Shown here: positions 22,148 through 34,945 of the stretch, in pieces
Position numbering within the stretch: position 1 is the stretch's first letter
Layout of the letters: the number at the start of each line of letters is the position of its first letter
Assembly (NCBI GenBank): GCA_001600815.1
Contig: BCKZ01000001.1
Location: forward strand, 540,613-604,612
Reading direction: 5' to 3'
Source of the DNA: Alloascoidea hylecoeti
Lineage: Eukaryota
Length of the DNA stretch: 64,000 nucleotides
Program-made: the position numbers and the translations under genes
Notes under the pieces: generated by a model
Databases searched by the model: none
What the model was told of the DNA's origin: nothing
Seen by the model: only the letters and a program-made list of their open reading frames with translations

Positions 22148-24046
22148 ATGGATTTAACTGGTCCTTTAAACCACATGTTTTTAGAATGGCTCGAGGAATG
22201 GCAAAGGGAAGCAACACAAAAACAACTTCGAATTGCATCATCAATAAATAGAGCGGCAGATGTGTTAAAGGCTTGTCCAATCGAATTCAAACATCCCAAT
22301 GAACTGCTGGATCTTAAATATTTTGGGCCGTCTATAGTTGGAGTGTTGCAACGTCGGTTACAAGAATATTGCACGGCGTATGGTTACAAACTACCAGGTA
22401 AATAATAGGTCTTTAATTTTAGTTGAACTCCAACTAACATATTTTTAGTTAATAATGCTTTACTCTTACCTACATCATCAACTGGGAAATCAACCGATGG
22501 GGTACCGGTGAATGATAAACCCACAAAAAGGAAGAGAAATAAAGAGAACGAAGATAGAGACAAAAATAAGAAAGGAACCAAGAAACCCTATATTCCAGCT
22601 TACCGGAGTGGTGGCTACGGAATTCTTCTTACATTATTTCGTCACGATAAGAATCGTGGTGGGATGAGCAAAGATTTAATTATAAATCTAGCATCTCCAC
22701 TGTGTGACAGAAGTTTTACTTCTAATCCAAGCTCTGGAGTTTACTATTCGAGTTGGAATTCAGTCAAGACGTTGATAAATAATGATCTGGTATATGCAAC
22801 TAATAGACCAACACAATATTTTATCACTGATGAAGGTGAGCGAATTGCTGAAAAGATGTTAGAGGTTGCAAGTTCCAATAAAAATAACAAGCATAATACG
22901 GCTAATCTTAACAAAGAGAATCCACAACGTATTACAACACCAACATCAACACATCTTAAAATTAATAAAGATAGACCTGCCATATCTTTACTGGATGATA
23001 ATATTTATGCCAATCCCAATAATAGAAGAGAATTAAGTCGAGCTAATAATTCGAAGATACTTCAACCGTTGGACTTGCATAACCCAAGCAAACAAACTAA
23101 CATCTCAATACCTAAAAAATCTTCTCATAGCTCAAATTCTGTAGTCTTAAATCCAATTTCTTCAATAGCAGACCACACTGTATGGGAACCTGGATCGTTC
23201 AAGGTTATACTTGTAATTGATAATAGAGAGGTAAAAAGTCAAGATGAGAGAAACTTCTTTCAAGAACAAATATCGTTATTAGGTGTTGAAAGTTGTGTGA
23301 GGCCATTAACAATTGGTGATGCTTTATGGATAGCGAAAAACTTAAAAACAGGTCAAGAAACAATTTTGAACTATATTTTAGAAAGAAAAAGATTAGATGA
23401 TTTAATGCAGAGTATTAAAGATGGAAGGTATGAGGAACAAAAAGTAAGAATGCGAAGATCAGCCATTGAAAATATTATTTATCTTGTAGAAGAAACAGGT
23501 GCTGATCGAGGAATAATGGCAGAGGCAATACAAACTTCTATGTCGAAGGTTATCATGATCACCAACTTCTTTTTAAAAAGGACCTCTTGTGTGGAAGAGT
23601 CAGTAAAATATCTCGCACAAATCACAGAGCAGATTAAAGAGGTTTATAAAACGAGAAAGTTATTAGTTCCAAAGATACCTCCGTTGGAAACCCAGGTGGC
23701 TTTCAAAAAGTATATTAACGGACTTCAACATAATTTTAAAGGCTATGATATTTCTGTAGACTATGGACAATTTCAGGAAATGATGTCTAAGACAGGTAAC
23801 TTCACGTTGAAGCAAGTTTATCTACAAATGCTAATGGCTACAAGGGGTGTGTCATTAGAGAAGGCTAAAACAATTCAAAGAAAGTACCCTACTCCTAGCC
23901 ATCTTCTTAATTCATATTCGAAGCTAACGTCTATATCTTCTCGGAAACTATTATTATTCGAACAATTTGGTAAAGAAATTGGAAATAAGAAGATAGGGAA
24001 AGCACTGTCAGAGAAAATATATGAAGTATGGGGTGCAGGTGCCTAG
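22148..24046 (+). CDS. MUS81: Crossover junction endonuclease Mus81; join(22148..22397,22449..24046)
   Basis: N-terminal HhH (LKACP...LKYFGPSI), winged helix (YIPAYRSGGYGILL), ERCC4 nuclease (IDNRE, GDALW, ERKRLDDL, SIKDGRYEEQK). Intron GTAAAT(22398)..ACTAAC..TAG(22448). Confidence 0.95.
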
Positions 24047-24283
24047 AATTAACAATTTAAACTTATGTCATTATATATCTTAGACGTATATATATAATCC
24101 ATAATCCAATTTTTTTATATTGGGATTAATAGATCTAGTGGAAGGCAAAGCAGAATCAGATAGGTGCGATTGAAACATGTTTATATGTATTATCTCTCGT
24201 CAAATTACAAACTATTACCCGGATTTGAGTTTTTTTCACCTCTAACAAAGTGAATCGTCACTAAACCACCTTTTTAAATCAGT

Positions 24284-25192
24284 ATGGGAAAGGGATTTTT
24301 TAAGTATGGCAAGTCGGGTATTTTACCCAAACCTAGGCCCCTTTTTAAGACACCAGTTAAACCGTCACTGATTCCAAACATTGTCACTAATAACCATGGA
24401 TATGCTCCTGATATTGTTGAACCAAAGGGATCACATCGAGATCCATTACCACCTAAATATGTCTCTCTTGAGAAAAGAATCGAGTTGACGGTCAAAGAAC
24501 CAAAACCCCGAATCTCCGTTGGAAACGAATTCAAAGCTCGGAGATCTAGTGTGCGTCGTGAATTTTTGAAGGAGACATTAGCAAAACAAGTTGAGCTAGA
24601 TGAGATTGCAGAAAAACGTATACTATCAAAACGTCATAAAGAAAAAGAAGACTTGGCGAATGCCATAAAATCAGTGAGGAATGATGATATCTCAGAAGCT
24701 ACTCGATTAACATTGCCAACAATTGATAGTTTTCTTAATGGCCGTTTGATCGAACCTCTTACAGCGGAGGAAAAACAATTAATAGCTGATAAAAAGAAAG
24801 CAAATTACTTGACACAGAAATTGAAACTGCAGAAAACAAAGGCCGAGAATTTATTCACACTTTATCAAATGTCCGAAAGGTTTATTGTAACAGAAGATCA
24901 TTTAGATGCAGCTATTGATGCGGCTTTCCCTTCACCCAACGTGGACCCAAATGTTGCTGTAAAAATGGTAGCCGATAGCTTAACTACAAAGAGGACGGTA
25001 AAGAGTGCAAGAGATAATACTGGCTTAGATAATGTTCATGTTGGTCTTTTGGATGCCATTAGGGCTACTACGGCAAATGGTAAAGTATCATTGACAGAGG
25101 TGGACGAATTTCTATCTGGCGAGTCTGAAAATTGGAAAAAGAATGTCTCAAAGGCAGAAGCCTCAAGAAGAAACTCAGGAGGGTCTAGGTAA
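24284..25192 (+). CDS. PET123: Mitochondrial small ribosomal subunit protein mS26 (Pet123)
   Basis: N-terminus MGKGFFKYGKSGILP...GYAPDIVEPKGSHR and internal LTLPTIDS resemble yeast Pet123. Confidence 0.8.
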   Translation: MGKGFFKYGKSGILPKPRPLFKTPVKPSLIPNIVTNNHGYAPDIVEPKGSHRDPLPPKYVSLEKRIELTVKEPKPRISVGNEFKARRSSVRREFLKETLAKQVELDEIAEKRILSKRHKEKEDLANAIKSVRNDDISEATRLTLPTIDSFLNGRLIEPLTAEEKQLIADKKKANYLTQKLKLQKTKAENLFTLYQMSERFIVTEDHLDAAIDAAFPSPNVDPNVAVKMVADSLTTKRTVKSARDNTGLDNVHVGLLDAIRATTANGKVSLTEVDEFLSGESENWKKNVSKAEASRRNSGGSR

Positions 25193-26262
25193 TGTTCCAG
25201 ATTACTGGAGTTTCTAAATGACATCAGAATTTTTAGAAAAAAATATAAATAGAAAATTCACTGGAGCCTTTTTGAATTGCATTTTGTGTTCCGAAATTAT
25301 AAAAGTTTGTAAATAGAATTTATGCATGATTATAAGCTTGTAGGTATAATTAACGTTAATGGTATCGATCGTGTTTCTCTAACTATTTAGTATTATTGCA
25401 AAGAAATAATGACTATAGCTGAAGAAACAAAATAAAACAATTGCAATAATTGAAACATAATCTAATTTAACTTATAACTCGCGGCCATGAATCAAATTTA
25501 TAAGAAGAAAAGTCAACTACGGTTAACTTGCGCTAACTATAAATATCAACAATATATGAAATAAAATAAAAATTGTAAACAAATGACTAAGCTTGAAGAC
25601 AATAAATAAGAGGGCTCTTTGACTCCGAAATATCGACAAAAGAATCGGACAAATTTGAAAGCAAAATGAGAAAGCACTATAATCATCGTCTTCTAGATTT
25701 CTCATCTCATTAGTCCTATACATACTTGTAAGAGCTAAATCTCAAATTTCTATGTCATAATAACTTTCCCTATGATACATATGAAGAACTTCAATCAAAC
25801 AGAACTTTGCTTAATAAAATTATAATCTGTAGCTAACGAGAACACTGACTGTAGAGGTCTCATGGCCAAACTTTAGCAGCTAATCAAATTACTGAAATTG
25901 AAACGGACTAGTTCAGTTCAATTAACAGATCACTGTTTGGCTAATATCCAACTAATATATACATATAACCCACGGTTCTCACTTAAGAATAAAAAGTATA
26001 AGAAAATGATGAAGATGAGAAAATGGCCAAGAAATTAGACAAATTGTGCATTAATTAATATTTAAGACCAGTCACGTGGTACGAGATACGCTCGCTTGTG
26101 TTTTATAATACCATGATCGAAAACGACATTAGCCAAAAAAGTTGGGATATATGACCGACTGTTGTCATCAGAAGTTTCAATATCTACGTGACTCAAGCAC
26201 TTCAGGTTAGTGGATACAGAATTCCTTAAATATATACACTTTTAGAAGGATCTAGCTATAAT

Positions 26263-27132
26263 ATGAGTATTGTGCCATCATCCCCATCATCCCCTGGTGA
26301 CTATAATAATGATTATATCCTTCCTTACAATAATACATTAACACAAGATAATTTAAGGTCCAAAGACACATATAACTCTATATCCGAAGAAAATTCGGTT
26401 AACGAATCCCAGTTTTATCAATCAGTACTAGGTTCAACCGCCAGAAGGATTGAAATGCTCAGTTTAAAAGACGATAGAAAAGAATCTGAACCGTGCCCTC
26501 CCAATTTATTTGCAACCCATGATCATATGGATATTGATGATATGAACGAACCAGAAACTTCCCAAAACATTGGTTCTTCGGAACCCAATCCCGACGAGAT
26601 ATCATCTCCAAAACAGCGATCGAGAAGGTGGAAATCGGACACTAGTATCAAAAAGTATTCATCACCGTCAAGAATAAGAAGAAGGCGAAGAATGAGATCT
26701 CCCCCTCCTCCACTTAGTACAGCTAAATCACAACTAGGAAATCTGGAAAAGATAAATGGTGATTCTGGGGGCGTTATTTCATTATCATCCACATCTGATC
26801 GGAAGTTGCCTGATCAAGAAGAACAAGAGATTGAGAAACTTTATCCGCTACCTCGACAGAAAACTGAACATGAGAAATATATAAGAAATCAAAAGCGAAT
26901 GGCACAGATAATGGCTTACAAAGCAAATGAACTACGGGAAGGAAGAATAAAAAGATATAATAATAGAGAAAGTATACGGAATAGAGGTCGGGTAGTAGTT
27001 TCTGCACCACAGTCAGAAAATTCACATCAAGTACCTATCGGAAAAGGAAAAGGAAATGGAAAAGGAAAAGAGAGTACCACTACTGACGACACCCCTCCCG
27101 ATTCTCCTAAACAGGTGCGATTTGCCGAGTGA
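26263..27132 (+). CDS. Hypothetical 289-aa disordered protein with a basic helix and C-terminal KQVRF
   Basis: Uninterrupted ORF with a good start context (ATAATATG) and GTCACGTG at 26071-26078 upstream. No family recognised with certainty. Confidence 0.7.
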   Translation: MSIVPSSPSSPGDYNNDYILPYNNTLTQDNLRSKDTYNSISEENSVNESQFYQSVLGSTARRIEMLSLKDDRKESEPCPPNLFATHDHMDIDDMNEPETSQNIGSSEPNPDEISSPKQRSRRWKSDTSIKKYSSPSRIRRRRRMRSPPPPLSTAKSQLGNLEKINGDSGGVISLSSTSDRKLPDQEEQEIEKLYPLPRQKTEHEKYIRNQKRMAQIMAYKANELREGRIKRYNNRESIRNRGRVVVSAPQSENSHQVPIGKGKGNGKGKESTTTDDTPPDSPKQVRFAE

Positions 27133-28645
27133 TGTTTTAACGAACGTTCTGATTGCTATGAAGTAACAGAAACTGAAATTATTCTTACACTAAATTGGGA
27201 TTGAATATTATACTCATATTGATAATATGATTGAAAGGATGCCATGCAAAAATGCATCTAAAATGTATTATATTTAAAGCAAATTTCTAGTTGACAAAAA
27301 CTAGCAATTTTCAAAGGTGTTTAAGATAAATTGGAAATATTAGCACAAAAAGAGCATATGCGATTAAAATGATAACCTATGAGAAAAAACTATTGTACAC
27401 GGTAAACATTTCAAATCTAGGCCTCAAGACTAGATATCAGTGTGATATTGTCACCTTTTAGAAGTATACGTCCTTTGAAAATGAGTATAAGTATTAGTAA
27501 AATAGTAGAGAGAGCATTGAAAGAGTAACACTTACCCAAATCTCGTCGTGATGCATCTTTTTGATCAACTTCAACTGCATTGTAAACAACCAAGTTCATA
27601 AATTCATCAAATCCCTATCATATAATTAGTTATTTAAATTCTTGAAGAATATTGTAAGAGGTGTACATACTTTTATTTGACCTTCAATTCTTGAATCTAC
27701 CTGTTCATATAACCATATGCTAACTTTAGACTCTAGTTGTAAATATTTGAAAATGAGATTAATGGGAGGAACCATCTAATTAAGGTTAGTGATAATATCA
27801 TCCAAAAGTAATCGTGCTAAGAATAACATACTACTCTCTGTTGTCTTCTTCCTGACATTTTGACGTTTATGAAATTCTGTTGTGTTTGCCTTGGTGAAGG
27901 AGTTTTTTCTTTTTGGCTTTTACAACATTACATTTTTTACTGGTAGCAAAATTTACAAGATCTCTCAGAGCACTTGCGTCAAGAGAAAAAAAAAAAAGGG
28001 ATGCTACTAAGCACCATCTCAAGAAGTCGTGTTGAGCCGAATACATCGATAGATTGCTAGGGACCCCGGATTGACCCGTTTTACCTTCAATTACCCTATC
28101 AATGGATTACAATCCTGATCATCGACTTACACTGAAGGGAACAGGCATTTCACTATGCATAACTATCTCTATTCACTAGATACTCCCATAACTCACTTCT
28201 GGCTCTTTATATGAAATGCATGTGAAGTATCATTTCTTCTAGTATTTATTTGACATCTTTTAAATGCCGGTTTACACGATACCAATCTTTCATTTTTCTT
28301 AATCTGTTTTACTGTATTTTCTACGTAATTCTATTATTTACTCTGATTCAACCTACTTTTGGTGTTTCTATCCCATACTCCAATAATTTAACCCTACGCT
28401 CTGCCCAGGTATTTCGTGGCAGTTCTACGGATTTCAAACGTAATCATCATAGTATTGTTCTTTTGGAGTTCAAAAATAAGGTTTAAAATTTGTAAAGAGA
28501 ACAAAATTTTGTAAATTGTGTTACCCTGATGAAAGCAACAAATTGAAAACACCAAGCAGATCAAAACTTATTCATAAGAATTCAAGTATCACCATCAAAT
28601 TATTGTATTTTCAGCACTACTTCTAAATTTGCTTTAGTCTTTACA

Positions 28646-31600
28646 ATGGCGACTCTGGAGCAATCGATACTACGTCTTAGAGACGCTTTGCAAACTATGT
28701 ATAGTAATGCTAATAGGGAGGCCAAACAAGAGGCGGGAACCCTACTTGAAGAATTTCAAAAGAGTGTATGTGATGTGTTAGAAAAAGTTTGAAATATTAT
28801 AATCATTAAAAAATATTGATGTCTATATTTACCACTGGTAAAGGGCAATAGTTATTTATAATGAAAACAATGGAAGGAAAAAAAACTATAAGAAAAGTTT
28901 TGATGATCTGAAAATTTACTAACCATTAATAAAGTCTGATGCTTGGAACGTTGTACACGCTATTCTCTCTGGTTCAGACACTGATTTCCCTATTCAGGTT
29001 AAGCTGTTTGCTGCTCAGACTTTACGGAGCAAGGTATGTACTTATTTCGGATATTGGTAGCTAGCATTGTTAAGCTCTATATTAACAATATTTGTCCCTT
29101 AAGATCACATATGATTTGAATCAAGTTCCTATAGACGCAAGATACCAGTTAAAAGAAACACTTTTAAATTTATTAGTTTTATATAAAAATGGCCCCAGAG
29201 TAATGCGTGTTCAATTATCCTTATCACTAGCAAATTTCAGTCTACAATTTATACAATGGAAGAATTCAGTTGATGAGATTATACAAAAGTTATCTAGTGA
29301 CACTTCTTTAATACCTTCTTTATTAGAATATTTAAAAGTTCTTCCTGAAGAATTAACAGATGCTAAAAAGACCCCAATTAGTGATGAAGATTATCGAGAT
29401 CAAATAGATGAAATAATCACAAAAAATACAAAAAAAGTACTATTTGTATTACAAAATTGCTCCGCAACTGCAACTTCAAGTTTTTCGATACAGGCTGAAG
29501 TTCTTGATTGTCTTAACTCTTGGATTAGCGAAACCCCAATTGAAGATATTCTTTCAACGCCCTTAGCTTCATTAATCTTTTCGGCATTAGAAGCACCCGA
29601 ATCATTTGAAAGTGCTATTGATTGTTTATGTTCAATTTTGCGAGAAACCAGAGACATCGATAATATGGAAGTTATAGAAGCGTTATTTCCTCGTATAATC
29701 GCGTTGAAGCCATTGCTTGAAGAACACCAAGATGACCCCGAGAATTTCAAATGCTTAACAAGATTGTTTGTCGAAGCAGGTGAAGCATGGCATATTCTAA
29801 TTGCTAAAATGCCTAAAGATTTTAAGCCTTTGGTTGATATTATTGCTAAATGTACAGCTTATGATGAAGACTTGGAGATAGTTAAGTATACGTTTGGATT
29901 CTGGTATTACTTAAAGCAGATAATTACTATGGCTAAATTTAAATCTGCCAGAGATGAATTCGCTGATGTGTACCTGGGGCTTATTGACACTATCATTAAA
30001 CATCTTCAGTATCCAATAGTTAAGGAAGGTGAAGATTTATTCGGAGCTGATCGTGAACAGGAAGATAAATTCAAAGATTTCAGGTATGATATGGGTGATG
30101 TTCTAAAAGACTGTTGTGCGGTTGTTGGTTCTAGTAGAGCATTGAAACAAGCTCTTTCAAAGATAAATGACTGCATTATTGCACAGAGTAATGGACAAGA
30201 ACCCCATTGGCAATCTATTGAAGCGCCTTTATTCAGTATGCGTGCAATGGCAAGAGAAGTTAGCCCAAGCGAAAAGGAAGTATTACCAATCATTATGAAC
30301 CTATTGGTTCAATTGCCTGAACACGAAAAAATTAGATATGCCGCGACCCTTGTTTTAGGAAGGTATACTGAATGGACGAATGAACATCCCGAATTTTTAG
30401 AACAGCAGTTAAATTATATTATTAATGGTTTTTCAACCGCAAATTCGGATGTAATGAAGGCCGCAGCGCAAGCTCTCATGTTTTTCTGTCAAGATTGTGC
30501 TACATTATTAACCAACTATATTGAACAATTGTACACATTTTATAATGGGGTTGCGTCTCAATTAGATGTAGAATCCCTCTATGAAGTTACAGATGGTATT
30601 GCACATATTGTTGCTGCCCAAGACTATAGCAATATTTCCAGGGCCGCTGAAATGTTCCTCAAACCAATTGTGGGCAGGCTGCAAGAGAAGGTTAAAGCTC
30701 CTGCTTCAGAAGAAACACGGACTGCGATTGCCGATGAGGTTGAACTATTAACTATATTTGTTCGTGTTATTAAGCCGGAAACATTGCCTGATTCCTCTGA
30801 TAATCCAATGGCTACTCTCGTTATTCAAATATTTCCTATCATTTCTCTTCTACTTCAAAATCATGGTCAATCTGCTAAAGTATCCGAAAGATGTTTAAAG
30901 TTCCTCAAATACTCAATGCATTCATATGGCAGATTTCTCGATCCAATTCTTCCAGACATTGCACAAACACTGATTTCTGGATTTGAAGCAACACACTTTG
31001 GATGCTATCTTTGGGTTACAGGAACTGTTATTAGAGAATTTGGCGATGAGTACTCAGATGAAGCGACACAAAACTCAGTTTGGGCATTCACTTATCAGCA
31101 AATGCTTAATATTTTTAGGTATTTGAATGGGGTTACCCCAAAGGATATTCCTGATGTTATTGAAGACTTTTTTAGAATGATGGCAGATGTGTTAATGTTT
31201 TTCCCTTTTAAGTTTATAGCTAGTGATCTGTTATCTCCAACATTTCAATCTGCAATGATATCATTGAATCTCGAACAGTTTGATCCCTTGATTACAACTC
31301 TCCACTTTTTGATTGATCTAATTTCCTGGGGATTTGAATCTCCCCCTATTTCAATATTTGACGAGGTTCCAGAAAATATAAGGTCTATAGTAATATTATT
31401 TGCCTCAAACCATGGTTCAGACTTAACAAGCAAGCTATTATCGGGGTTAATCTTTAGTTTTCCCAAAGACACCCATCCAGATGCTTCCGAGCTATTATTA
31501 AAACTATTGAAATTGACTGACGATCCAAATAAAGTGGCTGAATGGCTAGCACATACTTTAGATTACTCTTTACCTCCTGGAACGGTGACTTCTGAGGAAA

Positions 31601-31761
31601 AGGAAAAATTATTACTTACTGTTCAAACAGCGTTAGGCTCTGGTGATTACAAGAGAGTTAGATCTAGTATCAAAGATTTTGTTACATGGTATGCTAGAAG
31701 AAATGTTACGCCAAGAACACAATTTGCTGGTGCGCAACAGGACTTTCATTTTGCTGATTGA
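28646..31761 (+). CDS. MTR10: Importin-beta family nuclear import receptor Mtr10/transportin-SR; join(28646..28765,28935..29033,29104..31761)
   Basis: LEEFQKS|SDAW...KLFAAQTLRSK|ITYDLNQ, EDKFKDFRYDMGDVLKDCC, EAPLFSMRAM and IRYAATLVLGRYTEWT. Two GTATGT..AAG introns. Confidence 0.93.
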
Positions 31762-33323
31762 CATATATGATTAAACTAGTGTCATCTCTTCTTGTATAAA
31801 TCTATTGTTAGCAAGTTTTTAATTAATCAGACACCTATAGATATTAAAATATATAATATTTGAGAATATATTAAAATCTTGCAATCTCAACTGTTAATTA
31901 TAAGTGTTATCTTTAATATTTCTGATTATAATTATAAATAAGTTAAATTATGAACTTCATGATCATGATAAATAGATTAGTGATATATACCTATACCTAT
32001 GGTTTAAAATCTTAATTAATATATGTGTAAAGCCGGAGTATGTAAGGTCAATCTTCTAGAGTCAGCGGATCTGTGTTATAAGAGTTGTAGTGTAGTTCTT
32101 GGACATGATATAAGTTTTTCCTAATTTTTAGCTCCGTCCAGGATGGGATTTGATTAAGACATATGGAATGTGTCACAAAACTATCGGTCTAAAACTTCAA
32201 ATTTTAATGCCACCTCTACCGCGGATTGGCTTAAGAATAAGCCCGTCAAATTCACCAGAAAGATGATCACAAAATGTTACTAAATTACTACTAATGTTTT
32301 GGAGAGTAGTGAGGGTATAAATTAGAAGCAAAATTAAAGGAGTTGAATCCAAATTTATTCAGAGGCAAATCTAAACTTAATAAATATGTCAACAATTGAT
32401 TTTCTAAATACATGCCGGGGTATATGAAACATTTATTTCCGATTTATGATAATTATAATAGCTCTTCCAATTATAGTAGTACGTAATTACGTATGCGGTA
32501 CGTTCATGTATAGAGAATCCAGAGATTCAAGTATATTCAGAGAAGTGGAGAAAACCTTTATGTGTAGATCTAAATATATTTACAACGCCTAATTATAAGA
32601 GCTGCTGCCAATCAATCGATATCTTATAAATATCACAACGAATCCTTTAATTATCTTCTCCTTGTAGTTATTAATAACAATCTAGCTAATCAAGTTTTAT
32701 TATCGAGAATTATGACATCGTACGAAACAATTACTATATTAACATCCAAAATATAGCTTTAACGTGAAAAAGTAATTCCTATTGTTGTTTATTAATTGTT
32801 CACGATTCAAAAATCAAAAAAAAACATCAACAATTTAAGTGCGATCTCTTATTCATTATCAGAATCTTTGGTGAATGACGAATTGAGCTCTTTGTCCTTC
32901 AAAACAATTCAATCAAGTTTATTTCTATCGATTTATGGCTGGTCATGTTTCAAGGCCATGGACCTTCTATGGACTTGGGCTTACATTTAGCACCATAAAA
33001 AAAATTCGATTGGGATGCTTCTCAAGTCATCGAATTGGAAATGAGGCTTTACAAATATGTATAGGGCAAGAAGGCTCATTTGAATTTACTTATTTTACTT
33101 GAAGCCATTTTTCTTGTGTTTTAGATGACGTATAAGTATGAAGTTACTATGAACTGATGAATTTGGTGAACCAATCTTTATTAAATTAGAATAAATGGTG
33201 ATTTAAGTATAATTTTTGGAGAACAATTACAAGAAAATACAAAAAAAATCATAGATTTTAATATAATTAAATTAAATAAAAATTATAAACAAAAAATCAA
33301 TTATATATTTAAATACATTAGTT

Positions 33324-33477
33324 GCAAAAATGTGAATTTGAATATGAATGTGATATATAGCAAGATTATAAGCGAAAATGTGAATGCTGTATACGTGAGA
33401 ATATAATAAGCAAAAATGTAACAATATGATGAGCAAAAATGTGAATGCTATATATTTATAGTAATATGATAAGCAAA
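33324..33477. repeat. Degenerate array of AGCAAAAATGTGAATGCT-like units
   Basis: Copies at 33324, 33371, 33409 and 33432, with a partial copy at 33471. Confidence 0.75.
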
Positions 33478-33647
33478 CGTTAGTGTATGTATTATTTGCA
33501 CAGTTAAAGAAGAACTTTTTTTTTTTTTATATAAAAGATTTTAAATTTTTCCCTGGAACTCTCTATTTATATATATTCCGATATAATGACCATTTTTTTT
33601 TTCCATTTTATAAACATGTTATGTTATACAAGAGATTTTATAATAAT

Positions 33648-33992
33648 TTATAAACCATTTTTCAATTTCATAGCTAAACCTAATAATTCAACAGCTTCTA
33701 AACCATTTTTTGAACGTCTTGTATTATGAGTACGAACAGGACTAGAAAGATATTTTGAAGAAATATTGTTGATATTATTTGTTGTTGAATAAGAATAATT
33801 TTGTTGTTGTGGATAAATTGAATTATTTGTAGATGTATTTGTATTTGTAAGAGATGATAAAGAATAAGAATTCATCATTGATTGATTACCAATTGATCTA
33901 GATCTTGTATAATTTGAATTTCCAGTACCATTTCCATAAGTTGGTGAAATTGGATCAAAATAAGTATAATTGGAATTCATTAAACCATTTGA

Positions 33993-34034
<42 letters not shown>

Positions 34035-34820
34035 TGAAGAATTTAAATTGTTTGATAATGAAGAATATGAATAATTTCTTGGATATTGATAATGTGAAGA
34101 AGTATTTGAATATTTCAAAAAGTTAGAGTTTGATCTATGGATATTATTAAATGGTGAATTATCGCTATCACTAATATTAATATTGCTATTATTATATTTA
34201 TAATTGTTATAAGGGGAGTTAGAAGTAGAGGAAGAGAAAGAATTTGCAGGTTGAAATTGAGTAAAAGAATTATTAGAAATATTATATTTAAAAGGATTTT
34301 CTTGTGACCAAGCCAAAGGAGATGGTTTTGATTTTTTAGATTTTCGAGATTGATATTGAGATTGAGATTGCGATTGAGATTTTAATGGTTTCATTTTATT
34401 CATCCAAGGATTATGAATTTTAAAGATTTGTTTATAAGAATTTGAATCCTCATACTGTGTTGATAAAAAAGCGATATCAGAGGCTGTGATAGCTGGGGAA
34501 GATAGTTTAATGAATTCCTCCGTTGTTATACCGACTAGATTCAATACTTGGTCGAGGTCATCGGAAGAATTTGAGTTTGAAGAGTCTGAAGAGTCTGAAG
34601 AGTCTGAGGGTAAGGAATCAAAGCTCAAGAGAAGGAGGACGGAGGGAGTGAGGCCATATAAAGAGGTGGTTGAGTCGACCAGAGGATTGGGGACGGGAGG
34701 TTTCATTTGGTCAGAATGGGAGGAGGCACGTGAAGGAGAGTGGTTTGAGGGATCCCTCTGGCGGTTTGGGTGACGTCTCTTTGTTTTCTTCTTGTGCGCG
34801 TTCAGGTCTCTCGGGGGCAT
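33648..34820 (-). CDS. Hypothetical Ser/Asn/Tyr-rich low-complexity protein (390 aa)
   Basis: Long ORF through very AT-rich DNA. Basic N-terminus (HKKKTKRRH), a poly-Asn tract from (AAT)n, and a TATAAAA box about 40 bp upstream on the minus strand. Confidence 0.7.
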
Positions 34821-34945
34821 TTTGGGAGGGTGGGAGAAAAGAGGAGGGAGGAAAGCGCAGTTTTATACACCACGGTAACGGGGGATGCTGGAGGGGATAC
34901 CGTGGGAATGGGGGGATGGGATGGGCTGCCGACGGTGGTTGCAAC

